A stretch of DNA of 64,000 nt from Candidatus Gastranaerophilaceae bacterium (GTDB lineage: Bacteria > Cyanobacteriota > Vampirovibrionia > Gastranaerophilales > Gastranaerophilaceae), in contig JBJEGN010000108.1 of assembly GCA_051875105.1 (NCBI GenBank), positions 501 to 64,500 of the forward strand, written 5' to 3'. Both the position numbers and the translations under genes were made by a program. Below the pieces are notes generated by a model, which did not search any database, was not told the origin of the DNA, and worked only from the letters and a program-made list of their open reading frames with translations. How positions within the stretch are numbered: position 1 is the stretch's first letter; each line of letters starts with the position of its first letter. This document shows positions 49,530-57,958 of the stretch, in pieces.

Positions 49530-49637
49530 ACTTAACAAATAGTAAAAAAGTTGCCCAAACGAAGAAAAAACCTATTCAAAAAGGTGAAAAAAGTAAGGCG
49601 GGCATGCTTAATCGAACATTAACAATAGAATAGAAAT

Positions 49638-50027
49638 GGGGACGCTTTGGATTTGACGGGGCGATTGAGGTAATCGTGCTGCGGGTTCCGGCGCTGTTCC
49701 GGGTTATCAACGAGCAAACGATTTACATGCTAACAATGTAATCAAAGCTGACTTCTCAAGAGCAAGAGCTCTTGCTGCTTAGTATTTAAGCAGGTCACCT
49801 CTGTACGACCAGCTTGCCGTTTTGCAGGGGAAATTATGCAAGTTGCTGCGTATGACGGCTGTAAATACGCCTAAGACAACAGCCAAACTCGGCAGAGTAT
49901 AAAGTGCTTTATCGTTATGTAGGGAATTGGTTCGAGCCGCAATAACGATGAGAAAAACAGACCTACATCCGTAGATGTACGATTGTTTCCGTTTCGGACG
50001 TGAGTTCGACTCTCACCGTCTCCACCA
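49638..50027 (+). ncRNA. ssrA: tmRNA (SsrA)
   Basis: The 5' GGGGACG pairs with the 3' CGTCTCC-ACCA, giving a G3:U70 pair. T-arm-like GAGTTCGACTCTC. The tag reading frame at 49729-49782 encodes ANNVIKADFSRARALAA followed by a stop. Confidence 0.93.
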
Positions 50028-50175
50028 TTAAAATTTAATAGTAATGTTTTATAAAAGAGGGCTTTTTTGAAGCTCTTTTTTTTGTAAAAAAATATTTCAA
50101 AAACTATTTTTGTTAAAATTTGCAAAAGCAAAAATACTTTATATTTATATAACAACAATACAAAGGAGATTTGAT

Positions 50176-50547
50176 ATGATTAATCCGGCTATGATAAAGA
50201 AGGGCATACAAGTTGCAGGTCAAGTTGTAGATACGGCAAATACGGTTAATACGGTATCAAAAGCTGCAGGAATAAACCAAGACAGTATTTTTGCAGAAGC
50301 AGAAAAAGAAGGCAAAGGCGGACCGCTTAACAGTGTATTTCAGGCTGCAGATACAATAAGTGGCGGTAAAATCGGTAAAAAAGTCGAAAATATTAATGAT
50401 ACAACCGGTGGCATGGCTATGAAATGTTTGCAGACTGCGGATAAGATAGCAGAACCTGTTTTAGATGTTGCAGGTGCTGCTGATGGGGAAATTGATATTG
50501 AAAATTTGCAGAAAAAAAGCAAAAAAATGCAGGATTTAAACGCTTAA
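50176..50547 (+). CDS. small hypothetical protein (Gly/Ala/Lys-rich)
   Basis: 123 aa from the ATG at 50176, preceded by AAAGGAG and followed by a strong terminator. Confidence 0.5.
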   Translation: MINPAMIKKGIQVAGQVVDTANTVNTVSKAAGINQDSIFAEAEKEGKGGPLNSVFQAADTISGGKIGKKVENINDTTGGMAMKCLQTADKIAEPVLDVAGAADGEIDIENLQKKSKKMQDLNA

Positions 50548-50570
50548 TAACTAATTAAAATCGATTTTTA

Positions 50571-50599
50571 AAAAGCATATCCAAAGGGTATGCTTTTTT
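50571..50599 (+). terminator. intrinsic terminator
   Basis: AAAAGCATA-TCCAAAGGG-TATGCTTTT hairpin with a T-run. Confidence 0.7.
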
Positions 50600-50800
50600 A
50601 TTGTTAGGTTGAAACTTTTGAAAAAATATTTGTTGTGAAAACAATTTTGACAAATTTATTTTTGTGAAAAACCTTAAAAACAAGGGGTCTAAATAAATAG
50701 AGCCAAATTAATAAAAAATTTTTTATAAGAAAAGTAAAAAAAATAATAAAAAAGGTATTGATTTTTTTTTATGGTTATATTAGTATAAAAACACAACCGG

Positions 50801-50876
50801 GGGGGATTAACTCAGTTGGTAGAGTGCCTGTTTTGCACGCAGGATGTCAGGAGTTCGAATCTCCTATCCTCCACCA
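50801..50876 (+). tRNA. tRNA-Ala (anticodon UGC), CCA encoded
   Basis: Acceptor GGGGGAT/ATCCTCC with the G3:U70 identity pair, anticodon loop TTTGCAC, T-loop TTCGAAT, terminal ACCA. Confidence 0.93.
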
Positions 50877-50942
50877 GTTAAAACATAAGAGCCATTAAAG
50901 GCTCTTTTTTATTGTCTTAATTAAATTTCAGAAGTTCAAATA
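50877..50942 (+). repeat. ~66-nt tRNA 3'-trailer module, copy B (homologous to 41064-41129, inverted)
   Basis: See copy A. About 57 of 66 positions are identical by eye, including the terminator hairpin. Confidence 0.85.
50887..50911 (+). terminator. intrinsic terminator after tRNA-Ala
   Basis: AAGAGCC-ATTAA-AGGCTCTT hairpin followed by TTTTTT. Confidence 0.7.
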
Positions 50943-50986
50943 GTAAATAAACAAATATTGGTATTCTTTCTTTTTTCTGTACATAA

Positions 50987-51272
50987 CCTGTATTCCTTGC
51001 AAATTTTATAAAAAATTTCCTAACAGTTAGATTGAAACAAAAAAAATTAGCAAAAGTTGAAAATTTTAGATTTCACAATTTGAAAAAGTCCTATGTTGAT
51101 TTAATTTTATCAAGCAATCTTTCTGCTAAATTTGCTCAACAACAAGCAGTACATTCTGACATACCCACAACATTAAACGTATGCAAGGAACAATCTTGAT
51201 ATGGTAAAAATGCTATGAAAAAATTAGATGAAGTATTTTATGAGCAAAATGAAAGCAAAAACAGACATAAAT
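50987..51272 (+). pseudogene. decayed C-terminal remnant of a tyrosine recombinase (phage-type integrase)
   Basis: Manual translation gives ...LAKVENFRFHNLKKSYVDLILSSNLSAKFAQQQAVHSDIPTTLNVCKEQS*. This follows the box II pattern HxLRH...LGHs..tT..Y, but with R/H changed to K/K and the catalytic Y changed to C. A shifted-frame tail follows (YGKNAMKKLDEVF). There is no room for the ~300 N-terminal codons. Confidence 0.55.
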
Positions 51273-51321
51273 AAAAAACAATATTTTATCATTTCTCGAA
51301 ATACGCAAAAATATTGGATAA

Positions 51322-51345
51322 AAAAAATCGGGACGACAGGATTTG
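51322..51345. repeat. 24-bp direct repeat, distal copy (duplicate of the tRNA-Pro 3' end)
   Basis: AAAAAATCGGGACGACAGGATTTG is identical to 51437-51460. Confidence 0.9.
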
Positions 51346-51436
51346 TAGCGAGTTGTAGGCGAAAAATGAGCCATACAAATCGATATGCCCTTTTGGGTAA
51401 ACCGTAGGTTCAACCTGGAGAACGATTTTTTGCAAT

Positions 51437-51460
51437 AAAAAATCGGGACGACAGGATTTG
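51437..51460. repeat. 24-bp direct repeat, tRNA-proximal copy
   Basis: Covers the last 18 nt of tRNA-Pro plus a 6-nt flank. Identical to 51322-51345. Confidence 0.9.
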
Positions 51461-51516
51461 AACCTGCGACCCCCTGCTCCCAAAGCAGGTGCGCTACCAA
51501 ACTGCGCTACGTCCCG
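51443..51516 (-). tRNA. tRNA-Pro (anticodon UGG)
   Basis: Acceptor CGGGACG/CGTCCCG, anticodon loop TTTGGGA, T-arm GCAGG-TTCAAAT-CCTGT. CCA is not encoded. Confidence 0.9.
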
Positions 51517-51700
51517 ATTAAACTTATTTGATTTTTCTCCATCTAAGAAAGATTGAAGCAATATAATAATATCAACAAATATTTATAAAATCAATTTAAT
51601 TTGTAAAAATATGTTACAATTTCGTTAAAAATTTTCTAAAAATCGGCAAAAAAACATGTTTAGCAGGCTTAAACAACTGTGTTTGACGAAAGGGGTTCAC

Positions 51701-53002
51701 ATGGAAATAAATGTAAACAATACAAACAGCATTCTTTTCAACAAAAAAGATATATCGAAAAATTCGGATGCAAAACAAGCTAATGTTCAGACGGGCAGAG
51801 AGAATTATAATCAAAGTTCTTTAGACAAAATGGCTGCTTTTAACCGTTCTATGGTTAAACAAGTTTCTTTTGGCGGATGGAAGCCGGAATCCAAAGAAAA
51901 TGCTGAAGTTATAAAACAAATGGTTGATGTTATCAAAAACCCCGACATACAAAAGATTGCTGTATCCGGTCACATGTCGCCTGATGGTGATAGTATCGGT
52001 TCTTGTATTGCCGCATCGTCAATGCTTCATCAAGCAACAGGAAAAGACGTTGATTGCTTTATTTTTGGCGGTTTACCCAAAAGATATGAGTACCTTAGAG
52101 AAGGTTTAGAAGGTGTTAATATTATCGATTTGAAGGGTAAGAGCGATGCTAAATTTGCGGACAAATTGGCAGAAAGACATGGCAAGTATGATTTGGCTGT
52201 TTCTGTAGATACTTCCGTTCCCAAAATGATTTCTCAGGATTATTATGAAGGTATTTTCAAAAGAGCTGACCATACATTAAAAATTGACCACCACCCATAC
52301 ATAGAAGAACAAGTTGATGGCAAAACAGTCAACAACAAATATGCTGATTTGAATTTGATTGATACAAATTGTGGTGCTGCAACCCAGCTTATGATGCAAT
52401 TTGCAGAACCTTTAGGTTTTGATCCTAAAGAGCTTTCAAAAACATTTAATAATGCTGTATATACAGGTCTTTTAACTGACACTGGCGGATTGAAATTTTC
52501 ACAAAATGTTCTTCCGTTTACCGATGCTGCATTACTTATTGAAAATGGTGTAAATAACAGAGAAATGCAAAATAATGCTCTTGGTAATACTCCACAATGT
52601 GTTTTGAATGTAAGAAATCTTGCACAACAAAAAATTCAATATTCTGACAATGGTAAAATTGCCTTTATGATTGAAGATAAAGAAATTGCAGATGCAAAAA
52701 AAGTTGCAAAACAAGAAGGTTATTTCCAAGAAGCAAAAGATGCAATTAAGGCTGTTGCCGGTGGCATGCCTGAAATTCAAGGTGTAGAAGTCGGATTTAA
52801 AGTTTCTCCTTGGAAAGATCAAGCAAGTTTCAGCGTGAGAAGTTTACATGCCGATGTAAGTGAAATTGCTCGCAAGCATGGTGGTGGCGGTCACAAAAAT
52901 GCTTCCGCATTTTCTATTGAACTTAACGGAAGAACAATTGAAGAGGCTGTTCAAGACGTAATTCAAGAATACAATGAAACGATTGAAGAACAAGGTTATT
53001 AA
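51701..53002 (+). CDS. DHH/DHHA1 phosphoesterase (NrnA-like) with a ~60-aa N-terminal extension
   Basis: SPDGDSIGS, DHH (KIDHHPY) and GGGHKNASAF motifs. I set the start at the ATG at 51701, preceded by AAAGGGG. Confidence 0.8.
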   Translation: MEINVNNTNSILFNKKDISKNSDAKQANVQTGRENYNQSSLDKMAAFNRSMVKQVSFGGWKPESKENAEVIKQMVDVIKNPDIQKIAVSGHMSPDGDSIGSCIAASSMLHQATGKDVDCFIFGGLPKRYEYLREGLEGVNIIDLKGKSDAKFADKLAERHGKYDLAVSVDTSVPKMISQDYYEGIFKRADHTLKIDHHPYIEEQVDGKTVNNKYADLNLIDTNCGAATQLMMQFAEPLGFDPKELSKTFNNAVYTGLLTDTGGLKFSQNVLPFTDAALLIENGVNNREMQNNALGNTPQCVLNVRNLAQQKIQYSDNGKIAFMIEDKEIADAKKVAKQEGYFQEAKDAIKAVAGGMPEIQGVEVGFKVSPWKDQASFSVRSLHADVSEIARKHGGGGHKNASAFSIELNGRTIEEAVQDVIQEYNETIEEQGY

Positions 53003-53031
53003 TAATAAGTTAAACCATTAGGACTAACTTC

Positions 53032-53063
53032 CGGAGAATATTTTATATTCTCCGTTTTTTTTT
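53032..53063 (+). terminator. intrinsic terminator
   Basis: CGGAGAATAT-TTT-ATATTCTCCG perfect 10-bp stem followed by nine T residues. Confidence 0.8.
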
Positions 53064-53107
53064 GAACTTTTTAATTTGTTTTTCGTTATAAACAAAAAGG
53101 AGTCAAA

Positions 53108-53800
53108 ATGAAAAAGTTTTTTGCAATTTTAGTAATTTCAATGTTGGGCATGCCCGCATTTTCAGCACAGAATTTCACACTCAAAGCAACACCGACAATG
53201 CCAGCAAGAACAAACACAACAGCAAATACCACGAATAGTATTAATAATTTTTCTGATGCAGTTGGTTTTGGAATAAGAAATACGATTGGTTATACAGGAG
53301 CAATTGGAATGGCATCCGGCGTGGCAGGAAGAAGTAAAAACCAATCTGTTTCAAGAAGTGTTGACCCTTATTTTATTGAAGTTGACGGAAACAAGTATAT
53401 TTTTATCAAGGATAATCACGACAACGTTTTAGACTCTAACGATATTTTAGGAATAAATGATACAAAAGAAAATGTTTTTGCATCATTAAGACCGCTTGAT
53501 AAAAACGGAGATAATCGTTTATCGGGTGATGAGTTGGCTTCTGCCGGAATAAGAATTGTCAGACTAAATTCGAATGGCAAACTTATCTATAATGACAAAT
53601 CAAAAGATTTTAAAAATTCTGATGTCGTATTTATCTATATGTCGGGACTTCGTAAATCTTATCAAAATGATAAAAACATTGGTGAATTCGGACTTTTTGA
53701 TGTTGTTGTGAAACGCCCCGACAACACGAAAAAAATCGTTACCGGTATTGTTACCTTTGAAAACGAAAAACAAATAAAAAAATATCTTCCAAATAGTTAA
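53108..53800 (+). CDS. secreted protein with an EF-hand-like calcium-binding loop
   Basis: Signal peptide MKKFFAILVISMLGMPAFSA. DKNGDNRLSGDE fits the 12-residue EF-hand loop. Confidence 0.55.
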   Translation: MKKFFAILVISMLGMPAFSAQNFTLKATPTMPARTNTTANTTNSINNFSDAVGFGIRNTIGYTGAIGMASGVAGRSKNQSVSRSVDPYFIEVDGNKYIFIKDNHDNVLDSNDILGINDTKENVFASLRPLDKNGDNRLSGDELASAGIRIVRLNSNGKLIYNDKSKDFKNSDVVFIYMSGLRKSYQNDKNIGEFGLFDVVVKRPDNTKKIVTGIVTFENEKQIKKYLPNS

Positions 53801-53871
53801 GAATTCTTTATAAATAGGCAATTTCAAATCTTGTTCTGTTTTAACAAGAACAAGTGTAAGGAATGTGCTTA

Positions 53872-55041
53872 ATGAATATCAATTTAATAAATGCAAATAG
53901 TTTAGAATTTTCTATAAAAAACACTCAACAACAAAAAAAAGTTGTTGCATCAAAGCCGGATTTTTCAAATTCAACAGAAAAGTTTGAAAAATCTTTTGAA
54001 AAATATTCAAAAGCTCAATACACTTATTTTCAAGGAATTAATTCTGTTAATTTTGGAGGAGCAACTACAAATTTCAGAATAAAAAAACTTGAAGATGTGC
54101 CATGCCCGTGTTGCGGACAAATAATGCTTACAGAAAACAGTATTGACAAGCATGTTAACAGATTGAACAAAGCAAAGGGCAATAAGCTTGCGGATAGAAT
54201 TTATAATGAAGAAGCAAAGTTTTTGAGAAGTAACCAAAGAGCAGCTGCATTTATTATTGCAGATTGTGCCAAAGGAACAGAGTTAAGCATTACGCAAGCG
54301 GCACGCAAAGCTAATGAAAATTTACCAAGCAAGTTTATTTCATATTGCAAAGATGTTCTTATGAATGCAGCTATTTTAGCTGATGAACAGTCAGGTGAAA
54401 ATTCTGAATTAGGACAAATTCTTTTTGATAAAGCAGATAAACTTGAAGATGCCCAAAGTTTCTATAGACCTGATTTAACAGAAGAGTTATCTGCTTTTCG
54501 AGCAGTTATTGGAGATGAAAAATACAACAAAATTGAAGATATTTTGATGACATTACCTTTGAATTTTAAAGAAGTTAATCGTGTGATGTCAGAAGCTAAA
54601 AATTCATCGCCAACGGACTTTGCCAAGCTTCTGTTTAAACCGTCGCTTGCTACGGCAGAACACATTAAGCCAAAATCTTTAGGCGGTGAAAATTCCCCAT
54701 CGAATTTTCTATCGGAATGTGCAGGCTGCAATAATCCAAGAAGTAGTTTGTCTTATGTTGATTGGATAAAAGTTCATCCTGAATTTACCAGAAATCCGCA
54801 AACTTATATTGAACATGTTGAAAAACGTATTGTAAACGGTGAACTTCCGCCGGTTTATGATTCTTATCCGATTGATGTGAAAGAAACTTTGACTAATGAA
54901 TCTCAAGGACATATTAAACTTACAGTTTTGAATAAAGAAAAAATTCATGAACTTAAAGAAGCAAAGAAAAACGGTCAAGACGTTAATATATCTGAAGAAA
55001 CCGCTAAGGTCAAAAATAAGGATGCAGAACAGGCTGAATAA
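53872..55041 (+). CDS. HNH/His-Me-finger-like protein, paralog B
   Basis: DVPCPCCG plus TAEHIKPKSLGGENSPSNFLSECAGCNNPR. Collinear similarity to paralog A throughout. I prefer the ATG at 53872 (AAGGA 9 nt upstream) over the one at 53863. Confidence 0.6.
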   Translation: MNINLINANSLEFSIKNTQQQKKVVASKPDFSNSTEKFEKSFEKYSKAQYTYFQGINSVNFGGATTNFRIKKLEDVPCPCCGQIMLTENSIDKHVNRLNKAKGNKLADRIYNEEAKFLRSNQRAAAFIIADCAKGTELSITQAARKANENLPSKFISYCKDVLMNAAILADEQSGENSELGQILFDKADKLEDAQSFYRPDLTEELSAFRAVIGDEKYNKIEDILMTLPLNFKEVNRVMSEAKNSSPTDFAKLLFKPSLATAEHIKPKSLGGENSPSNFLSECAGCNNPRSSLSYVDWIKVHPEFTRNPQTYIEHVEKRIVNGELPPVYDSYPIDVKETLTNESQGHIKLTVLNKEKIHELKEAKKNGQDVNISEETAKVKNKDAEQAE

Positions 55042-55142
55042 TTTCAATAGAGATGGATTTTTACCTGTTTTGTTGAAACATTAGAATTTTTTTATTTAAA
55101 GTTCGTGCTAAAATTAGATGGTATTACAAACGGAAGTTTTTT

Positions 55143-56144
55143 ATGAAATATATCAGCTGCGAACTTTTGGAACACAGTGTCTGTTTTATGCGGGATTTAA
55201 TTTTAACCTGCTGTTATTCACCTGCGGACAGAAGATATAAAGTTATGGATGATATTGTTCTTGATAGAAATTTTGATGGGATAAATGTTAATATAGATGA
55301 TATTATTCAGCAAACTAAGAAATTAAAAGAAAATGCTAAAAAAGGATTTCTCCCGGAATCTTGTAAAAATTGCTATCACTTACAAGAAAAAGAGTGGGAT
55401 AATGAAGATTATTACTCTAATATTTATATTTCGCAGTTTGAAAATTGTAATGCCGATTGTATATATTGTACATCTTACGGTGGAATTCACACAAATACAG
55501 ATAAAAAACCTTATAAAATAATTCCTCTTTTAAAAGAACTTGATAAAAAAGGCCTATTAAAAAATGAAATAGAAATCCATGTCGGCGGCGGAGAACCTCT
55601 TTTATATGACGAATTTGAAGATATTATAAAACATTTTTGCTTTACAGGCAGAGCAAAAATGTTTGCTGTTCCTACTTCAGGGATTGAATATTCTGAAATA
55701 CTTGCAAAAGGCATGACTTTAGATAACAAGATTTCCTTTGTTATGCCTATCATATCGATTGATTCCGGTTCACCTGAAATTTATAAAAAAATTAAAAAAG
55801 TTGATAAATATTACAATGTTGTTGAAAATATTCAAAAATATGTTCAACATTGTGATTATAAAACACAGGTTAAATATATTGTTATACCTCATATAAACGA
55901 TAATATCGAAGAATTTACAAAATTTCTTGATATGTGTCAATCCGTTGGGGTTTCAAATATCGGATTGGATATTGATGCAAATTATGCAAGGAAGTTTGAT
56001 TTCAATATTGATACTGTATTGATTAATTTAATTAATGACATGACAGTTTTAGCTAAAGAAAGAGGTTTCTATACAGAATTATTTATGTTTTTTAAACATG
56101 TTTTAAGTTATTATAAAAATCAAAAGAAAGATTGTGAGAAATAA
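55143..56144 (+). CDS. radical SAM enzyme with an N-terminal Cys-rich (SPASM/twitch-like) domain
   Basis: CNADCIYC (CX3CX2C) and the GGGEP SAM-binding motif. N-terminal C...CC and CKNC cysteines lie upstream of the core. Confidence 0.75.
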   Translation: MKYISCELLEHSVCFMRDLILTCCYSPADRRYKVMDDIVLDRNFDGINVNIDDIIQQTKKLKENAKKGFLPESCKNCYHLQEKEWDNEDYYSNIYISQFENCNADCIYCTSYGGIHTNTDKKPYKIIPLLKELDKKGLLKNEIEIHVGGGEPLLYDEFEDIIKHFCFTGRAKMFAVPTSGIEYSEILAKGMTLDNKISFVMPIISIDSGSPEIYKKIKKVDKYYNVVENIQKYVQHCDYKTQVKYIVIPHINDNIEEFTKFLDMCQSVGVSNIGLDIDANYARKFDFNIDTVLINLINDMTVLAKERGFYTELFMFFKHVLSYYKNQKKDCEK

Positions 56145-56147
56145 TAT

Positions 56148-57575
56148 ATGCTTTTCAATTCAATAGAGTTTCTATTTATTTTTTTACCAATAGTTTTTGT
56201 TATTTATTTTCTGTTAAATAATTTTAAATTTTATACTGCTTCAAAAATTTGGTTAATTATTGCATCTTTGTTTTTCTACGCTATTTACAAATTTAATTAT
56301 TTACACATAATACTTTCTTCTGTGATTTTTAATTTCTTTATGGGAAAAATTCTTCAAAAAAATATTTCAGAATTCGTGAATAAGAAAATAGTTTTAGCTT
56401 TTACTTTGGTTTGTAATTTATTACTTTTATGCTATTTCAAATATTTTGATTTTTTGATAGAAATATTAAATACAAATTTGCACACACAATTTAACACAAT
56501 GAATCTGCTTTTACCTTTGGGAATAAGTTTCTTTACATTCCAACAAATTTCCTATATTGTGGATTGCTATAAGGGTGAAATTAAAGATACAAATTTTATA
56601 GATTATATTTTATTTGTAACATTTTTCCCTCAATTGGTTGCAGGACCGATTATCCAGTACCGGGAAATTGTCCCTCAATTTCAAGATAATTCTAAAAAAA
56701 ATATTAATTCTCAAAATATTTCAGCCGGATTCTTCTTAATCACAATAGGACTTGCTAAAAAAGTTCTGCTGGCTGATAATTTCGCTCCGTTTATTTCTCA
56801 AACATTAAATGGTCTTTCTAATCTGGATTTTCTAAATTCCTGGTTTTTGGCTTTATCAATAGGTAGTCAGGGATATTTCGATTTTTCCGGATATTGCGAT
56901 ATGGCTCTTGGTATTGCATTACTTTTCAATATAACTATTTTGCCAAATTTCAATTCCCCATACCAATCTGTTGATATTTCCGATTTTTGGAGAAGATGGC
57001 ATATTTCTCTCGGAAAATTCATGAAATATTATGTCTATATTCCTCTTGGCGGAAGTAGAGTCGGGACTCTTAAAACATATAGAAACCTCTTTTTCGTTTT
57101 TTTATTAATCGGTGTTTGGCATGGAGCTAATATTCCTTGTATTATGTACGGTGTCGTAAATGGTATACTCGTATGCTTTAACAAATTTTGGAAATCTCTA
57201 AAAATAGAAATGAATAAATATCTCGCAATTGCTATTACTTATGCAACAATGATTTTTATTTGTCCTCTCGTACTCGTTAAATCCTTCCATGAGTTTTTAA
57301 AAGTATTTTATGCTATGACGGGCATGCAAACTGTATTTAAACTTCCTTCTGTATCAGAATTCTCATTAGTTTTCAACAATGGTTCTGCGTTGAACATATT
57401 TCTCATTTCAATATCTTTAATTATTGTTTTATTTGTTCAAAATTCTAACGAATTATGTGAAAAATATTTAAAAGGAAACAAAGAGATAATTTCGTTAGCT
57501 GTAATATTGTTATTTATAATTTCAACTCTATGTATAAACCGTTGCCCAAATGAATTCATATATTTTCAGTTCTAA
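56148..57575 (+). CDS. MBOAT-family membrane O-acyltransferase (AlgI/DltB-like)
   Basis: 475 aa, polytopic, with FWRRWHISL and GVWHGAN conserved His motifs. Starts 4 nt after the radical SAM gene. Confidence 0.87.
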   Translation: MLFNSIEFLFIFLPIVFVIYFLLNNFKFYTASKIWLIIASLFFYAIYKFNYLHIILSSVIFNFFMGKILQKNISEFVNKKIVLAFTLVCNLLLLCYFKYFDFLIEILNTNLHTQFNTMNLLLPLGISFFTFQQISYIVDCYKGEIKDTNFIDYILFVTFFPQLVAGPIIQYREIVPQFQDNSKKNINSQNISAGFFLITIGLAKKVLLADNFAPFISQTLNGLSNLDFLNSWFLALSIGSQGYFDFSGYCDMALGIALLFNITILPNFNSPYQSVDISDFWRRWHISLGKFMKYYVYIPLGGSRVGTLKTYRNLFFVFLLIGVWHGANIPCIMYGVVNGILVCFNKFWKSLKIEMNKYLAIAITYATMIFICPLVLVKSFHEFLKVFYAMTGMQTVFKLPSVSEFSLVFNNGSALNIFLISISLIIVLFVQNSNELCEKYLKGNKEIISLAVILLFIISTLCINRCPNEFIYFQF

Positions 57576-57610
57576 TATCGTTACTGTTATTAGAATAAAA
57601 TAAGGATTTT

Positions 57611-57958
57611 TTATTCAATAATTTTTATTTTAAAATTTTGAATAGGTTGTTTTTGAATTATTTTTTTCTGATTTTCTAAAGTATTTTTTATCGCAAAAAT
57701 CCAACCATTATCAGGATTTATAAATAGGAAAAAAGCTGCTTGGCTTTCTACAATTTTTCCAACATCATCAATTAATAGTTCACCCTTCGGAGAAAGCTCA
57801 AATACAGTAAAAGACAAAGGTTCTGAAATTGTACTGTCTATATAACCATCAAATTTTATATTATAAACCTTCGATGTATCTTTTAAAATTGGTTTACCTT
57901 TAAATGTCGTTATCCATTTATAAAGTGCAGTTAAAAGATGGTCATTATTCTGTTTCAT
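57611..57958 (-). CDS. hypothetical protein
   Basis: 115-aa ORF overlapping the 3' end of the upstream GGDEF/HD-GYP gene by 14 nt. Confidence 0.45.
   Translation of the reverse strand: MKQNNDHLLTALYKWITTFKGKPILKDTSKVYNIKFDGYIDSTISEPLSFTVFELSPKGELLIDDVGKIVESQAAFFLFINPDNGWIFAIKNTLENQKKIIQKQPIQNFKIKIIE

Noticed and set aside
49871-50158. 95-aa minus-strand ORF.
   Set aside because: It overlaps the 3' half of the tmRNA gene in antisense.
51213-51561. Two overlapping minus-strand ORFs (95 and 90 aa).
   Set aside because: They run through the tRNA-Pro gene and its duplicated 3' segment. They are explained by the tRNA and the repeat.
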